Part shown: piece after piece, positions 8,880-16,782 of the stretch
How positions within the stretch are numbered: the first letter of the stretch is position 1
Layout of the letters: each line of letters opens with the position of its first letter
Assembly (NCBI GenBank): GCA_964537955.1
Contig: CAZICY010000004.1
Coordinates: 9,316-73,315 of the forward strand
Reading direction: 5' to 3'
Length of the DNA: 64,000 bases
DNA from: an uncultured Actinomyces sp.
GTDB taxonomy: Bacteria; Actinomycetota; Actinomycetes; S36-B12
Program-made: the position numbers and the translations under genes
The notes under the pieces: model-generated
The model's database searches: none
Told to the model about the DNA's origin: nothing
The model's input: only the letters and a program-made list of their open reading frames with translations

Positions 8880-9857
8880 ATGAGGCCGCTCGTCATTGCC
8901 CACCGGGGCGCAAGTGCCTACCTGCCCGAAGGCACCCTGCCTGCCAAGGCGCTCGCCGTGGGGATGGGCGCTGACTACGTCGAGCACGACGTCGTCATGA
9001 CCCGTGATGACCACCTGCTCATCAACCACGATCTGTGGCTCGACAATGTGAGCGACGTCGCGGAGCGCTTCCCCGGCCGGCAGCGTCCCGACGGGCACTT
9101 CTACGTCATCGACTTCGACCTCGACGAGATCCTGACCCTCTCCGTCACCGAGCGCTTCACCGTCGTCGACGGCCGAGATGTGGCGGTCTTCCCCCACCGC
9201 TTCCCGGTCTGGCAGTCGAGTTTCCACTTCCACACCTTCGAATCCGAACTGGAGTTCCTTCAGGGCCTGCGCCACAGCTCGGGCCGCGATGTCGGGATCT
9301 TCACCGAGCTGAAGTCACCGTGGTTCCACGAGCAGGAGGGCAAGGATCTCGCAGGGGCGGTCTACGCCGTGCTCCACCGCTTCGGCTACCGCACCCGGGA
9401 GGACCGCTGCCGCGTGATGAGCTTCGACGCCCACGCGCTCCAGCGCATTCGCACCGAGGTGGGTCCGGCAGCGGGGGTCGACGTACCCCTCACCCAACTC
9501 ATCGGCCACACAGAGGATCACGAGACCTACGAGCGCAAGCCGGATGGGACGTGGGCGAACTACGACTACGACTGGATGCTCGAGGCGGATGCCATGGAGC
9601 GAATCGGCGAGTGGGCTGACGGCATCGGTCCCGATGTGCGCATGCTGCTGCAGCACGGCACGCCGATGGCAGCGAGCGACCTCGCGGCCCGCGCGCATGC
9701 GGCCGGCCTCTACGTCACGCCGTGGACGGTCCGCGCGGATGATTTGCCCCGCTGCGCGCCCAGCCTCGACGCTCTCGTGCGGCTCCTGGTGGATGAGTGC
9801 CACGTGGACGGGATCATCACCGACTTCCCCGACCTGGTGATCAAGGCTCTGGCCTAG
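8880..9857 (+). CDS. Glycerophosphodiester phosphodiesterase
   Basis: N-terminal VIAHRGASAYLPEGTL and EHDVVMTRDDHLLINHD are GDPD catalytic motifs. Confidence 0.8.
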   Translation: MRPLVIAHRGASAYLPEGTLPAKALAVGMGADYVEHDVVMTRDDHLLINHDLWLDNVSDVAERFPGRQRPDGHFYVIDFDLDEILTLSVTERFTVVDGRDVAVFPHRFPVWQSSFHFHTFESELEFLQGLRHSSGRDVGIFTELKSPWFHEQEGKDLAGAVYAVLHRFGYRTREDRCRVMSFDAHALQRIRTEVGPAAGVDVPLTQLIGHTEDHETYERKPDGTWANYDYDWMLEADAMERIGEWADGIGPDVRMLLQHGTPMAASDLAARAHAAGLYVTPWTVRADDLPRCAPSLDALVRLLVDECHVDGIITDFPDLVIKALA

Positions 9858-9947
9858 CGCGACTGCCCCGCAGGCGAGGCCTTCGCTGCCCGTTCCCCGC
9901 ACCCCCGGCCGGACGCCGGATTTGCGAAGGTCGGCGACCTTCCCTAA

Positions 9948-10066
9948 CGTGGAGGGCAGTCAAGGGGAGTACCTCCGCGCGGAGACCTCGTCAATACGTC
10001 ACCCCCATGGGTGACCGGGGCTTCGGCCGTGAGCAATCACGGTGATGGGAGACCGAGACGTCTGTC
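9948..10066 (+). promoter_or_regulatory. yybP-ykoY (Mn2+) riboswitch-like leader
   Basis: Contains the conserved blocks AAGGGGAGUA (9962-9971), GUCAAUACGUCACC…GGUGAC and GGGAGACC (10047-10054), in the order and spacing recalled for yybP-ykoY elements. It lies upstream of an operon containing a TerC/Alx-family gene, the classical target. Confidence 0.6.
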
Positions 10067-10088
10067 TGACGTTCTCGAGGAGTGCTCC

Positions 10089-10526
10089 ATGTCGTTCCCA
10101 CCTGGTCGCCGTAGGCGTGCCCTGGCTCTGCTGGGCTCCGCAGCCCTGGCCGGGGTCATGCTCACCGGCTGCGGCGCCGTCAACGAAGCCGTCTCCCAGG
10201 GCCAGCAGGCCCTCGACGGAGCGAGCCAGGCCGTGGACGCGGCCGAGGGTCTCATCGGAGCGGGTGCCCAGTTGGGCGCAGCCTGCGCGGCCGCCCAGGT
10301 CGCCTGGGTGCCTGGGATCAGCTCGGCCGACGCCTACGCCGCAATCGACGAGGCAACCCGCATCGTCGACGAAGCGCTCGCCGCGACGCCCGGCCTGCCC
10401 GGGGCCGCGGAGATCGATCAGGCGCTCACCACGGCGCGTGAGTCCCTCGGATCCGACCAAACCGAGTTCGGTGTCGCGCGCCAGACCCTCCAGACCGCGT
10501 GCGCTCTCGTGAGCATGGGGAGCTGA
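10089..10526 (+). CDS. Lipoprotein, unknown function (Ala-rich, helical)
   Basis: Internal ATG at 10089 follows GAGGAG. Signal MSFPPGRRRRALALLGSAALAGVMLTGC has a lipobox. The stop is 1 nt before the terC start. Confidence 0.6.
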   Translation: MSFPPGRRRRALALLGSAALAGVMLTGCGAVNEAVSQGQQALDGASQAVDAAEGLIGAGAQLGAACAAAQVAWVPGISSADAYAAIDEATRIVDEALAATPGLPGAAEIDQALTTARESLGSDQTEFGVARQTLQTACALVSMGS

Positions 10527-10527
10527 C

Positions 10528-11511
10528 ATGGACGTCGCACTCTGGGTCTGGGGCGCCCTACTTGCGGGCATCCTCGCGATGCTCGCGGTCGATCTCTTCA
10601 TGCACCGTGACGCCCACGTCATCGGCGTCAAGGAAGCCGCCGTCTGGTCGCTCATCTGGGTCGCCGTCGCCGTGGGCGTCGGCGGCCTCATCTGGTGGGC
10701 CTACGGCACCGAATTCGGCCTGCAGTACTTCGCCGGCTACATCATCGAGAAGTCCCTGGCGATCGACAACGTCTTCGTCTGGGCGATGATCTTCAGCTAT
10801 TTCGCAGTGCCACGGCAGTATCAGCACCGGGTGCTCTTCTATGGCGTTCTGGGAGCCCTCGTCTTCCGCGCGATCTTCATTGCCGCCGGCTCGGTCCTGA
10901 TCGCCAGCTTCGCGTGGATCCTCTACATCTTCGGTGCCTTCCTGATCCTCACGGGCATCAAGATGCTGATGCAGCGCAATGAGCACATCGATCCGGGGAA
11001 GTCCAAGACGCTCAAGCTCTTCCGCCGCTTCGTGCCGACCACGGAGGAGTACGACGGGCAGAAGTTCCTCACCCGCCGCAACGGCGTGCTCATGGCGACC
11101 CCGCTCCTCGCGGTGCTCGTGCTCGTCGAGGTCACCGACATCATCTTCGCCGTCGACTCGATCCCGGCGATCTTCGCCGTCACGCAGGAGCCGTTCCTCG
11201 TCTTCGCCAGCAACGCCCTCGCCATCCTGGGCCTGCGCGCGATGTACTTCCTGCTCGCCGACCTCATGCACCGCTTTATCTATCTGAAGCTCGGGCTCTC
11301 GCTCGTGCTCGTGTGGGTGGGCGTCAAGATGATCGTGAGCCACGCGGTCTTCAAGATCCCCACAGCCATCAGCCTGGGCATCGTCATTTCCATCATCGCC
11401 ATCTCCATCGCCGCCAGCCTGTGGGTGAGCCGCGGCAAGGAATCACACAGCGATTCCGCATCCGACCCCGAAACCGACACCGATGAACGAAAGGAAACGA
11501 GCACACCATGA
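10528..11511 (+). CDS. TerC/Alx-family integral membrane protein (putative Mn2+/redox-linked exporter)
   Basis: 327 aa. YFAGYIIEKSLAIDNVFVW and DSIPAIFAVTQEPFLVFASNALAILGLRAMYF are the duplicated TerC signature. Confidence 0.85.
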   Translation: MDVALWVWGALLAGILAMLAVDLFMHRDAHVIGVKEAAVWSLIWVAVAVGVGGLIWWAYGTEFGLQYFAGYIIEKSLAIDNVFVWAMIFSYFAVPRQYQHRVLFYGVLGALVFRAIFIAAGSVLIASFAWILYIFGAFLILTGIKMLMQRNEHIDPGKSKTLKLFRRFVPTTEEYDGQKFLTRRNGVLMATPLLAVLVLVEVTDIIFAVDSIPAIFAVTQEPFLVFASNALAILGLRAMYFLLADLMHRFIYLKLGLSLVLVWVGVKMIVSHAVFKIPTAISLGIVISIIAISIAASLWVSRGKESHSDSASDPETDTDERKETSTP

Positions 11512-11888
11512 GGAAGACGACCGTGAAGAAGGCCACCGCTGCGGTGGCGGCTGTAGGTCTCGTTGGTGCGCTGGGCCTGAGCCTGGCCGCCCCTGCCTCT
11601 GCGGCGAAGGGCGTCAGAGTCGAGTGCTCTCAAGGCTCCGCTCTCGCGCTGCAGCTCACGCGCGAGGGTCGGCAGCTGGAGGCCGACGTCGAGATCTACG
11701 CCGGTCCCCGTGAGAGGTGGACCATCACCGTGTCTCAGAACGGCCGCGTCGCGCACACGGTCAACAAGACGACCAACCGCGAAGGGGAACTCGACTTCTG
11801 GCGCTACCTCCCGGGGCGCAGCGGCACCGTCGACGTGCGGGCCACTTCGCCGAGCGGCGAGACCTGCAGTGCCCGACTGCGCGCCTAG
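11508..11888 (+). CDS. Secreted protein, unknown function
   Basis: ATGA overlap with terC. Sec signal MRKTTVKKATAAVAAVGLVGALGLSLAAPASA. Two Cys residues. Confidence 0.55.
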   Translation: MRKTTVKKATAAVAAVGLVGALGLSLAAPASAAKGVRVECSQGSALALQLTREGRQLEADVEIYAGPRERWTITVSQNGRVAHTVNKTTNREGELDFWRYLPGRSGTVDVRATSPSGETCSARLRA

Positions 11889-11972
11889 CAGACTGATGCA
11901 CCGAGCAGTCTGGTCCGCATAGCCTCATTCGCACTCATTGCCGACACCGAATCACCAGCGAAGGGATCCACC

Positions 11973-12185
11973 ATGAAGGACAGCAAGCCATGGCTGCGCG
12001 GCGCACGACTCGGCGCGGCCGCGATCCTGGGGCTCGGCCTGGTACTGCCAGCAGTCACGGCATGCTCCTCGTCATCCGGTGACGAGACCGAGCAGGTCGA
12101 GGAGGAGTCCGGCGACGAAGAGTCCGGTGACGAGGATTCCGGTGACCTCGAGGAGACCGACCCGGAGCCCGACATCGAGGAGTAA
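11973..12185 (+). CDS. Small highly acidic lipoprotein
   Basis: Signal …LGLGLVLPAVTAC (lipobox), then an E/D/S-rich tail (EEESGDEESGDEDSGD). Confidence 0.5.
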   Translation: MKDSKPWLRGARLGAAAILGLGLVLPAVTACSSSSGDETEQVEEESGDEESGDEDSGDLEETDPEPDIEE

Positions 12186-12249
12186 CGCGAGGTCCTTCCT
12201 TGCCGTCCGCATGATCGCGGCTTAAGGGACCCTTGTACGTGTGCTGTGC

Positions 12250-12279
12250 GCTAGGCATCCACTGATGTGGATGCCTAGC
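12250..12279 (+). terminator. Perfect 13-bp-stem hairpin (GCTAGGCATCCAC-tgat-GTGGATGCCTAGC)
   Basis: Perfect inverted repeat with a 4-nt loop, 65 nt downstream of the acidic lipoprotein stop. It has no U-tract, which is common for actinobacterial terminators. Confidence 0.5.
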
Positions 12280-12298
12280 GTCGCGTCCGGGGGTTGTC

Positions 12299-13012
12299 AT
12301 GGACGCGCGCACGATTGCGACATCGCTGGCCTTCGTCGCAGCGCTGGCCGCCGGAGCCGCTCTGGGATGGATTCACGGCTCGTCGCCAGCCCAGGTCATG
12401 TCGGCGCGGGTCACGACTGCGGCGCCCGGCGCGACCACCGTTGCGATGGCTGCGCTCGAGCCGGCCGGATCGGGTGCTGGCGACGCGTCTGCCAGCACCG
12501 CCCCGCCGACCTACGCGCCGTACGACGCAGAGGTCTTCGCCATCGGCGACTCCGTGCTCGCGGGTGCCGCGGCGTGCCTGGAGGCGCGCGGAATCAAGGT
12601 CAACGCGGAGCAGTCCCGTCAGGTCTCCGCAGCGCTTGAGATCCTGGGCAAGAGGGCAGGCTCCCTGCCACCCCGCGTCATCGTGCACCTGGGCACCAAC
12701 GGCGGTGCTACTCCCGCGGAACTCGACGCGATCATGGAGGTCCTGGGACCTGAGCGGCTGGTGCTGTGGTCGACGATCCAGTTGCCCGACGACCCATCCC
12801 GCTATACCTACGAGCGCTCCACGAACGACGCGATCGCGGCGCTCGCCGTTCGCTACCCCAACGTGCGCGTCTTCGACTGGGAGTCCATGACCCTCCAGCA
12901 GCCGGAGTGGCTGTACGTCGAGGGCATCCACATGACACCGCAGGGGTGTGAGGGATACGCGGGACTGGTGGAGCCGCAGGTGCGTGCCCCGAGTCCTCAC
13001 GGCAACGCCTGA
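12299..13012 (+). CDS. SGNH/GDSL-type hydrolase-fold protein with N-terminal membrane anchor/signal
   Basis: FAIGDSVLAGAA (block I Ser) and a C-terminal …GIHMTPQG (block V-like His). N-terminal hydrophobic segment. Confidence 0.55.
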   Translation: MDARTIATSLAFVAALAAGAALGWIHGSSPAQVMSARVTTAAPGATTVAMAALEPAGSGAGDASASTAPPTYAPYDAEVFAIGDSVLAGAAACLEARGIKVNAEQSRQVSAALEILGKRAGSLPPRVIVHLGTNGGATPAELDAIMEVLGPERLVLWSTIQLPDDPSRYTYERSTNDAIAALAVRYPNVRVFDWESMTLQQPEWLYVEGIHMTPQGCEGYAGLVEPQVRAPSPHGNA

Positions 13013-13031
13013 GGAGTGGCAGGATGCGGGC

Positions 13032-13250
<219 letters not shown>

Positions 13251-13253
13251 GGC

Positions 13254-14843
13254 CTAGCGCTTGGTGTCGGCCAGCACCTGCTGGCTGGCGAAGCGCCCCG
13301 GCGCGCCGATCACGCAGCCGCCGGGGTGCGTGCCGGATCCGCACTGGTAGTAGCCGCGGATCGGGGTGCGGTAGTCGCTGTATCCCGGGGCGGGGCGGAA
13401 GAAGTACATCTGGTGCGGGAAGAACTCCCCGGCGTAGATGTTGCCCTCGGACAGCCCGGTCTTGGCCTCGATGATGTCGGGCGACACGACCTCGCGTTGG
13501 AGCACGAGGTCATTGAAGTTGGGGAAGAAGCGCTGCATCGTCGCCTGCACGCGATCGGCCATGTTCTCCCGCTGGGCGTCCCACGTGCTGTCCTTGAGCT
13601 GGTACGGCGTGTACATCACGTAGCACGACATCACGTGCTTGCCGGGGGGTGCCATGTCCGGGTCGATGAAGGACTGGATCGACGCGTCGATGTAGGGATG
13701 CTCGCTGTACCAGCCGTACTTCGCGGCGTCGTAGGCCCGCTCCATGTACTCCACCGTCGGGGCGACGTTGATGAAGCCCCCGAACTGGTCGGTGCGGTCC
13801 CCGAGCGCGGGGTAGTAGGGGGCGCCGTCGAGGGCGAAGTTGACCTTGGAAGTGATGCCCTGGAAGCGGAAGCGCTGGATCGTTTCGACGAGGTCGGCCG
13901 GCAGCTCGCGCGGGTCCGCGAGCTGGAGGAAGGTGCGGCGCGGGTCGAGTGAGCTCACCACCACGGGGGCGCGGAACTCCGTGCCGTCGTCAAGCGCCAC
14001 GCCGCGCACCTCGCCGCCCTCGGTGATGAGACTCGAGACGTGCGAGTCGAGGCGGATCTCCGCGCCGTACGCCGTCGCCGCGCGCGCGAGGACCTGAGTG
14101 AAGCCGCCGTTGCCGCCCTTGTGGAAGGACCACTCGCCTGTGAAGCCGTCATGCTCGCCCATGGACAGGTAGAGCCAGTTGATGCCTGATCCGGGGGACA
14201 TGGGTCCGAGCTTGATGCCGACGCACGCGGCCGAGCAGATGGTCGCCTTGATGATGTCGGACTCGAGGTAGTCGTCGACGAAGTCGGCGATGCTGCCGGT
14301 GAGCAGGCGCACCGTGTCGTGGATCAACTTCTTGTCGGCGGTGCCGAGATGCTTGACCAGCCACGCCATGCGCTCGGTGTCAGCAGGATCATCGCTGAAG
14401 AGGTTGGGCGGGATGCTGTCGAAGAGCGGTCGGATGAACTGCTTGACGCGGGCTGTGTCGTGCAGGAATCGCTCCATGCCGTCGACGTCGGCCTTCGAGT
14501 GCCGGGCGATCTCCGCACGATTGACCGCGGCATCGGGACCCGTGAGGAAGTAGTCGCCGTTGTCCATCGGGGCGAAATGCGAGCGCATGTAGAGCGGCAT
14601 GAAGCCGAAGCGCACCAGATCGAGCTCGGCGATGATCTCCGGCCGCAGCAGGCTCAGGGCATAGGAGAACGTCGTGAAGCTGAAGCCGGGGCGGAGCTCC
14701 TCCGTGATCGCGGCTCCCCCGACGAGGTGGCGCTGCTCCAGCACGAGGACGCGCTTGCCGGCCTGGGCGAGGTAGGCGGCGTTGGTGAGGCCGTTGTGAC
14801 CGCCACCGATGACGATCGCGTCGTAGGCATGGGCGTCAGACAT
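13254..14843 (-). CDS. NAD(P)/FAD-dependent oxidoreductase, phytoene-desaturase (CrtI)/amine-oxidase superfamily
   Basis: 529 aa. N-terminal YDAIVIGGGHNGLTNAAYLAQAGKRVLVLEQRHLVGG dinucleotide fold and C-terminal GSGTHPGGCVIGAPG. Confidence 0.75.
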   Translation of the reverse strand: MSDAHAYDAIVIGGGHNGLTNAAYLAQAGKRVLVLEQRHLVGGAAITEELRPGFSFTTFSYALSLLRPEIIAELDLVRFGFMPLYMRSHFAPMDNGDYFLTGPDAAVNRAEIARHSKADVDGMERFLHDTARVKQFIRPLFDSIPPNLFSDDPADTERMAWLVKHLGTADKKLIHDTVRLLTGSIADFVDDYLESDIIKATICSAACVGIKLGPMSPGSGINWLYLSMGEHDGFTGEWSFHKGGNGGFTQVLARAATAYGAEIRLDSHVSSLITEGGEVRGVALDDGTEFRAPVVVSSLDPRRTFLQLADPRELPADLVETIQRFRFQGITSKVNFALDGAPYYPALGDRTDQFGGFINVAPTVEYMERAYDAAKYGWYSEHPYIDASIQSFIDPDMAPPGKHVMSCYVMYTPYQLKDSTWDAQRENMADRVQATMQRFFPNFNDLVLQREVVSPDIIEAKTGLSEGNIYAGEFFPHQMYFFRPAPGYSDYRTPIRGYYQCGSGTHPGGCVIGAPGRFASQQVLADTKR

Positions 14844-14844
14844 G

Positions 14845-16044
14845 TCAGGCCGTCTTCCTCTCGGGGTTGTAGAACGGCAGCGTCGTCACGGTGGCTCGGA
14901 CGTTGATGTACTCATGGTTGACCGTCTGCTCGATGAAGACCTCGGTGCCGGGCTCGGCGTACTTGGGCTTGACGCGTGCGATGCCGATGTGGCGCTGCAG
15001 CACGGGGGAGTACATAAAGCTCGTCGCGTAGCCGATGCGCTTGTCCTTGTCGTTGTAGATCATCGTCGCCCAGGGCACGGGGATCTCGTCGGGCTCGGCG
15101 AGGAGTCCGTTGCTCGTGAAGAGGTCGAAGTAGTCCTGCCATGACACCGTGATGCCGACCGTGCGCCAGCGCGACGTCCCCTGCATGCGCTCGCGGATGA
15201 TCGCGTCGCGCCCGATGAAGGGGCGGGTGGGATCGTCGATGCCCTTGAGCAGCCAGCCGAGACCGAGCTCGTCCGGGGTGAATCGCTCCGCCGCGGTGAA
15301 GGCGTAGCGGCTCGAGCTGAACTCGACATTGATGAGCGGCAGTCCCGCCTCGATGCGGGTCATGCCGAGCGCCTCGTCGCCGTAGGGGCGCAGGCCGTGG
15401 GGGCGGCCGGCCTCCATGAGCGCGTCGAAGACCCGGAGCGCGTCGGCTGCCGGGATGAGCAGCTCGTAGCCCAGGTCACCGCTGAAGCCGGTGCGGCTCA
15501 CGGTCACGGGGGTGTCGGCGACCTTGGTCTCGGCGAATGCGAAGTAGCGCAGGTCCGAGATGTCCGGGGTGAGCGACTCGAGGATCGCACGCGAGCGCGG
15601 CCCCTGGATGGCGAGGGACGCGTAGTCCTCGCTGCAGTCGACGACCTCGACGTCGAAGGGGCGGGCGAGCTGGCGGAGGTAGCCGAGGTTGGGCTCGGCC
15701 GCGGTGAGCAGGAACTCGTCGGAGGAGTATCGGAAGACGACACCGTCCTCCATGACGTATCCGGCGTCATCGCACCAGATCGTGTACTGCGCGCGGCCGG
15801 GCTTGAGGGTGCGGATATCGCGCGCGAAGGCGTAGGAGAGGAACTTCTCCGCGTCGCGGCCGCGGATCCAGTACTTGTGCAGCGGGGACGTGTCGAAGAC
15901 TCCCGCGGCGTTGCGGACGCCGAAGTACTCGTGCTTGGTGGACAGGTCGTAGCGCATCGCGGAGAGGTAGCCCGCCCAATTGCCCCAGGCCTGCGTCTGG
16001 CTCAGCTCGGCCAGCCGCGCATGGAAGGGCGTGTGCTTGAGCAT
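14845..16044 (-). CDS. Aminomethyltransferase-family (GcvT-like) folate-binding protein
   Basis: Start re-derived to ATG at complement 16042-16044 (MLKHTPFHARL…), with an AGGAGG-like RBS. VRNAAGVFDTSPLHKYWIRGRDAEKFL is the GcvT N-terminal signature. The stop is 1 nt from the next gene. Confidence 0.75.
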   Translation of the reverse strand: MLKHTPFHARLAELSQTQAWGNWAGYLSAMRYDLSTKHEYFGVRNAAGVFDTSPLHKYWIRGRDAEKFLSYAFARDIRTLKPGRAQYTIWCDDAGYVMEDGVVFRYSSDEFLLTAAEPNLGYLRQLARPFDVEVVDCSEDYASLAIQGPRSRAILESLTPDISDLRYFAFAETKVADTPVTVSRTGFSGDLGYELLIPAADALRVFDALMEAGRPHGLRPYGDEALGMTRIEAGLPLINVEFSSSRYAFTAAERFTPDELGLGWLLKGIDDPTRPFIGRDAIIRERMQGTSRWRTVGITVSWQDYFDLFTSNGLLAEPDEIPVPWATMIYNDKDKRIGYATSFMYSPVLQRHIGIARVKPKYAEPGTEVFIEQTVNHEYINVRATVTTLPFYNPERKTA

Positions 16045-16066
16045 GGGTCCTCCTGGCAGGGGAAGG

Positions 16067-16097
16067 GTGCTGGGCGGCGGGGGGCGCCGCCCAGCAC
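16067..16097. other. Perfect 13-bp-arm GC hairpin (GTGCTGGGCGGCG-ggggg-CGCCGCCCAGCAC)
   Basis: Seen directly. It lies in the divergent gcvT-like/tetR intergenic region, within the 5' leader of the gcvT-like gene. Confidence 0.6.
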
Positions 16098-16112
16098 GGG
16101 GGCAGCCTAGAG

Positions 16113-16138
16113 CCCTATTGGACAAGCGCGCAATAGGG
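16113..16138. promoter_or_regulatory. Candidate TetR operator palindrome CCCTATTG-N10-CAATAGGG
   Basis: 8-bp perfect inverted arms, locally AT-richer, 15 nt upstream of the tetR start codon. Confidence 0.4.
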
Positions 16139-16152
16139 TCTAGCGTTCTCGT

Positions 16153-16782
16153 ATGGCCCGGATGAGTCCGCAGGAGCGCCGCGCCGCGATCGTCACGGCG
16201 ACGCGCGCGGTCATGGCGCGCCGCGGCATCGCCGGGACAACCGTCCGCGACGTTGCCGCTGAGCTGGGCACGTCGAGCGGCCTCATCCACCACTACTACG
16301 CGTCCATGGACGACCTGCTTGCCGAGGCCTTCGAGCAGGAAGCGCGCGCCGACCTCGGCGAGGTGCTCGCCGCCGTCGCGCAGGGCAGCGATCCGGTGGC
16401 CAGGCTCGCGCTGTTCTTCGACACCTACGACCGCGGGATGCGCGAGGGCACCGGCGACTTCGGCATGCAGATCTGGCTGGACGCCTGGGCGGAGGCGTCG
16501 CGACGGCCAGCACTGCGGCGTACCTCCCGAAGGCTCAACGAGGAGTGGCAGCGCGCGCTCGCGCAGATCATCCGCGACGGCGTCTCCAGCGGGCTGATGA
16601 CCTGCGAGGATCCGGACGCGAGCGCGTGGCGCATCCTGTCGCTGCTCGATGGGCTGGTCCTGCAGGTCGTGGCCCACGGCGACGTGCTGTCCCGCGAGCA
16701 GGCCGACGCGTGGTCACGCCTGAGTGCGGAGCGCGAATTGGGCATCCGCGGTGGCCTGCTGAGTCCTACCCTGGCCCGGTGA
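16153..16782 (+). CDS. TetR/AcrR-family transcriptional regulator
   Basis: N-terminal HTH: RRAAIVTATRAVMARRGIAGTTVRDVAAELGTSSGLIHHYY. Confidence 0.85.
   Translation: MARMSPQERRAAIVTATRAVMARRGIAGTTVRDVAAELGTSSGLIHHYYASMDDLLAEAFEQEARADLGEVLAAVAQGSDPVARLALFFDTYDRGMREGTGDFGMQIWLDAWAEASRRPALRRTSRRLNEEWQRALAQIIRDGVSSGLMTCEDPDASAWRILSLLDGLVLQVVAHGDVLSREQADAWSRLSAERELGIRGGLLSPTLAR

Noticed and set aside
16045-16677. N-terminal extension of the GcvT-like ORF (track 14845-16677)
   Set aside because: It runs antisense through the TetR gene. The canonical GcvT N-terminus with an RBS begins at 16044.
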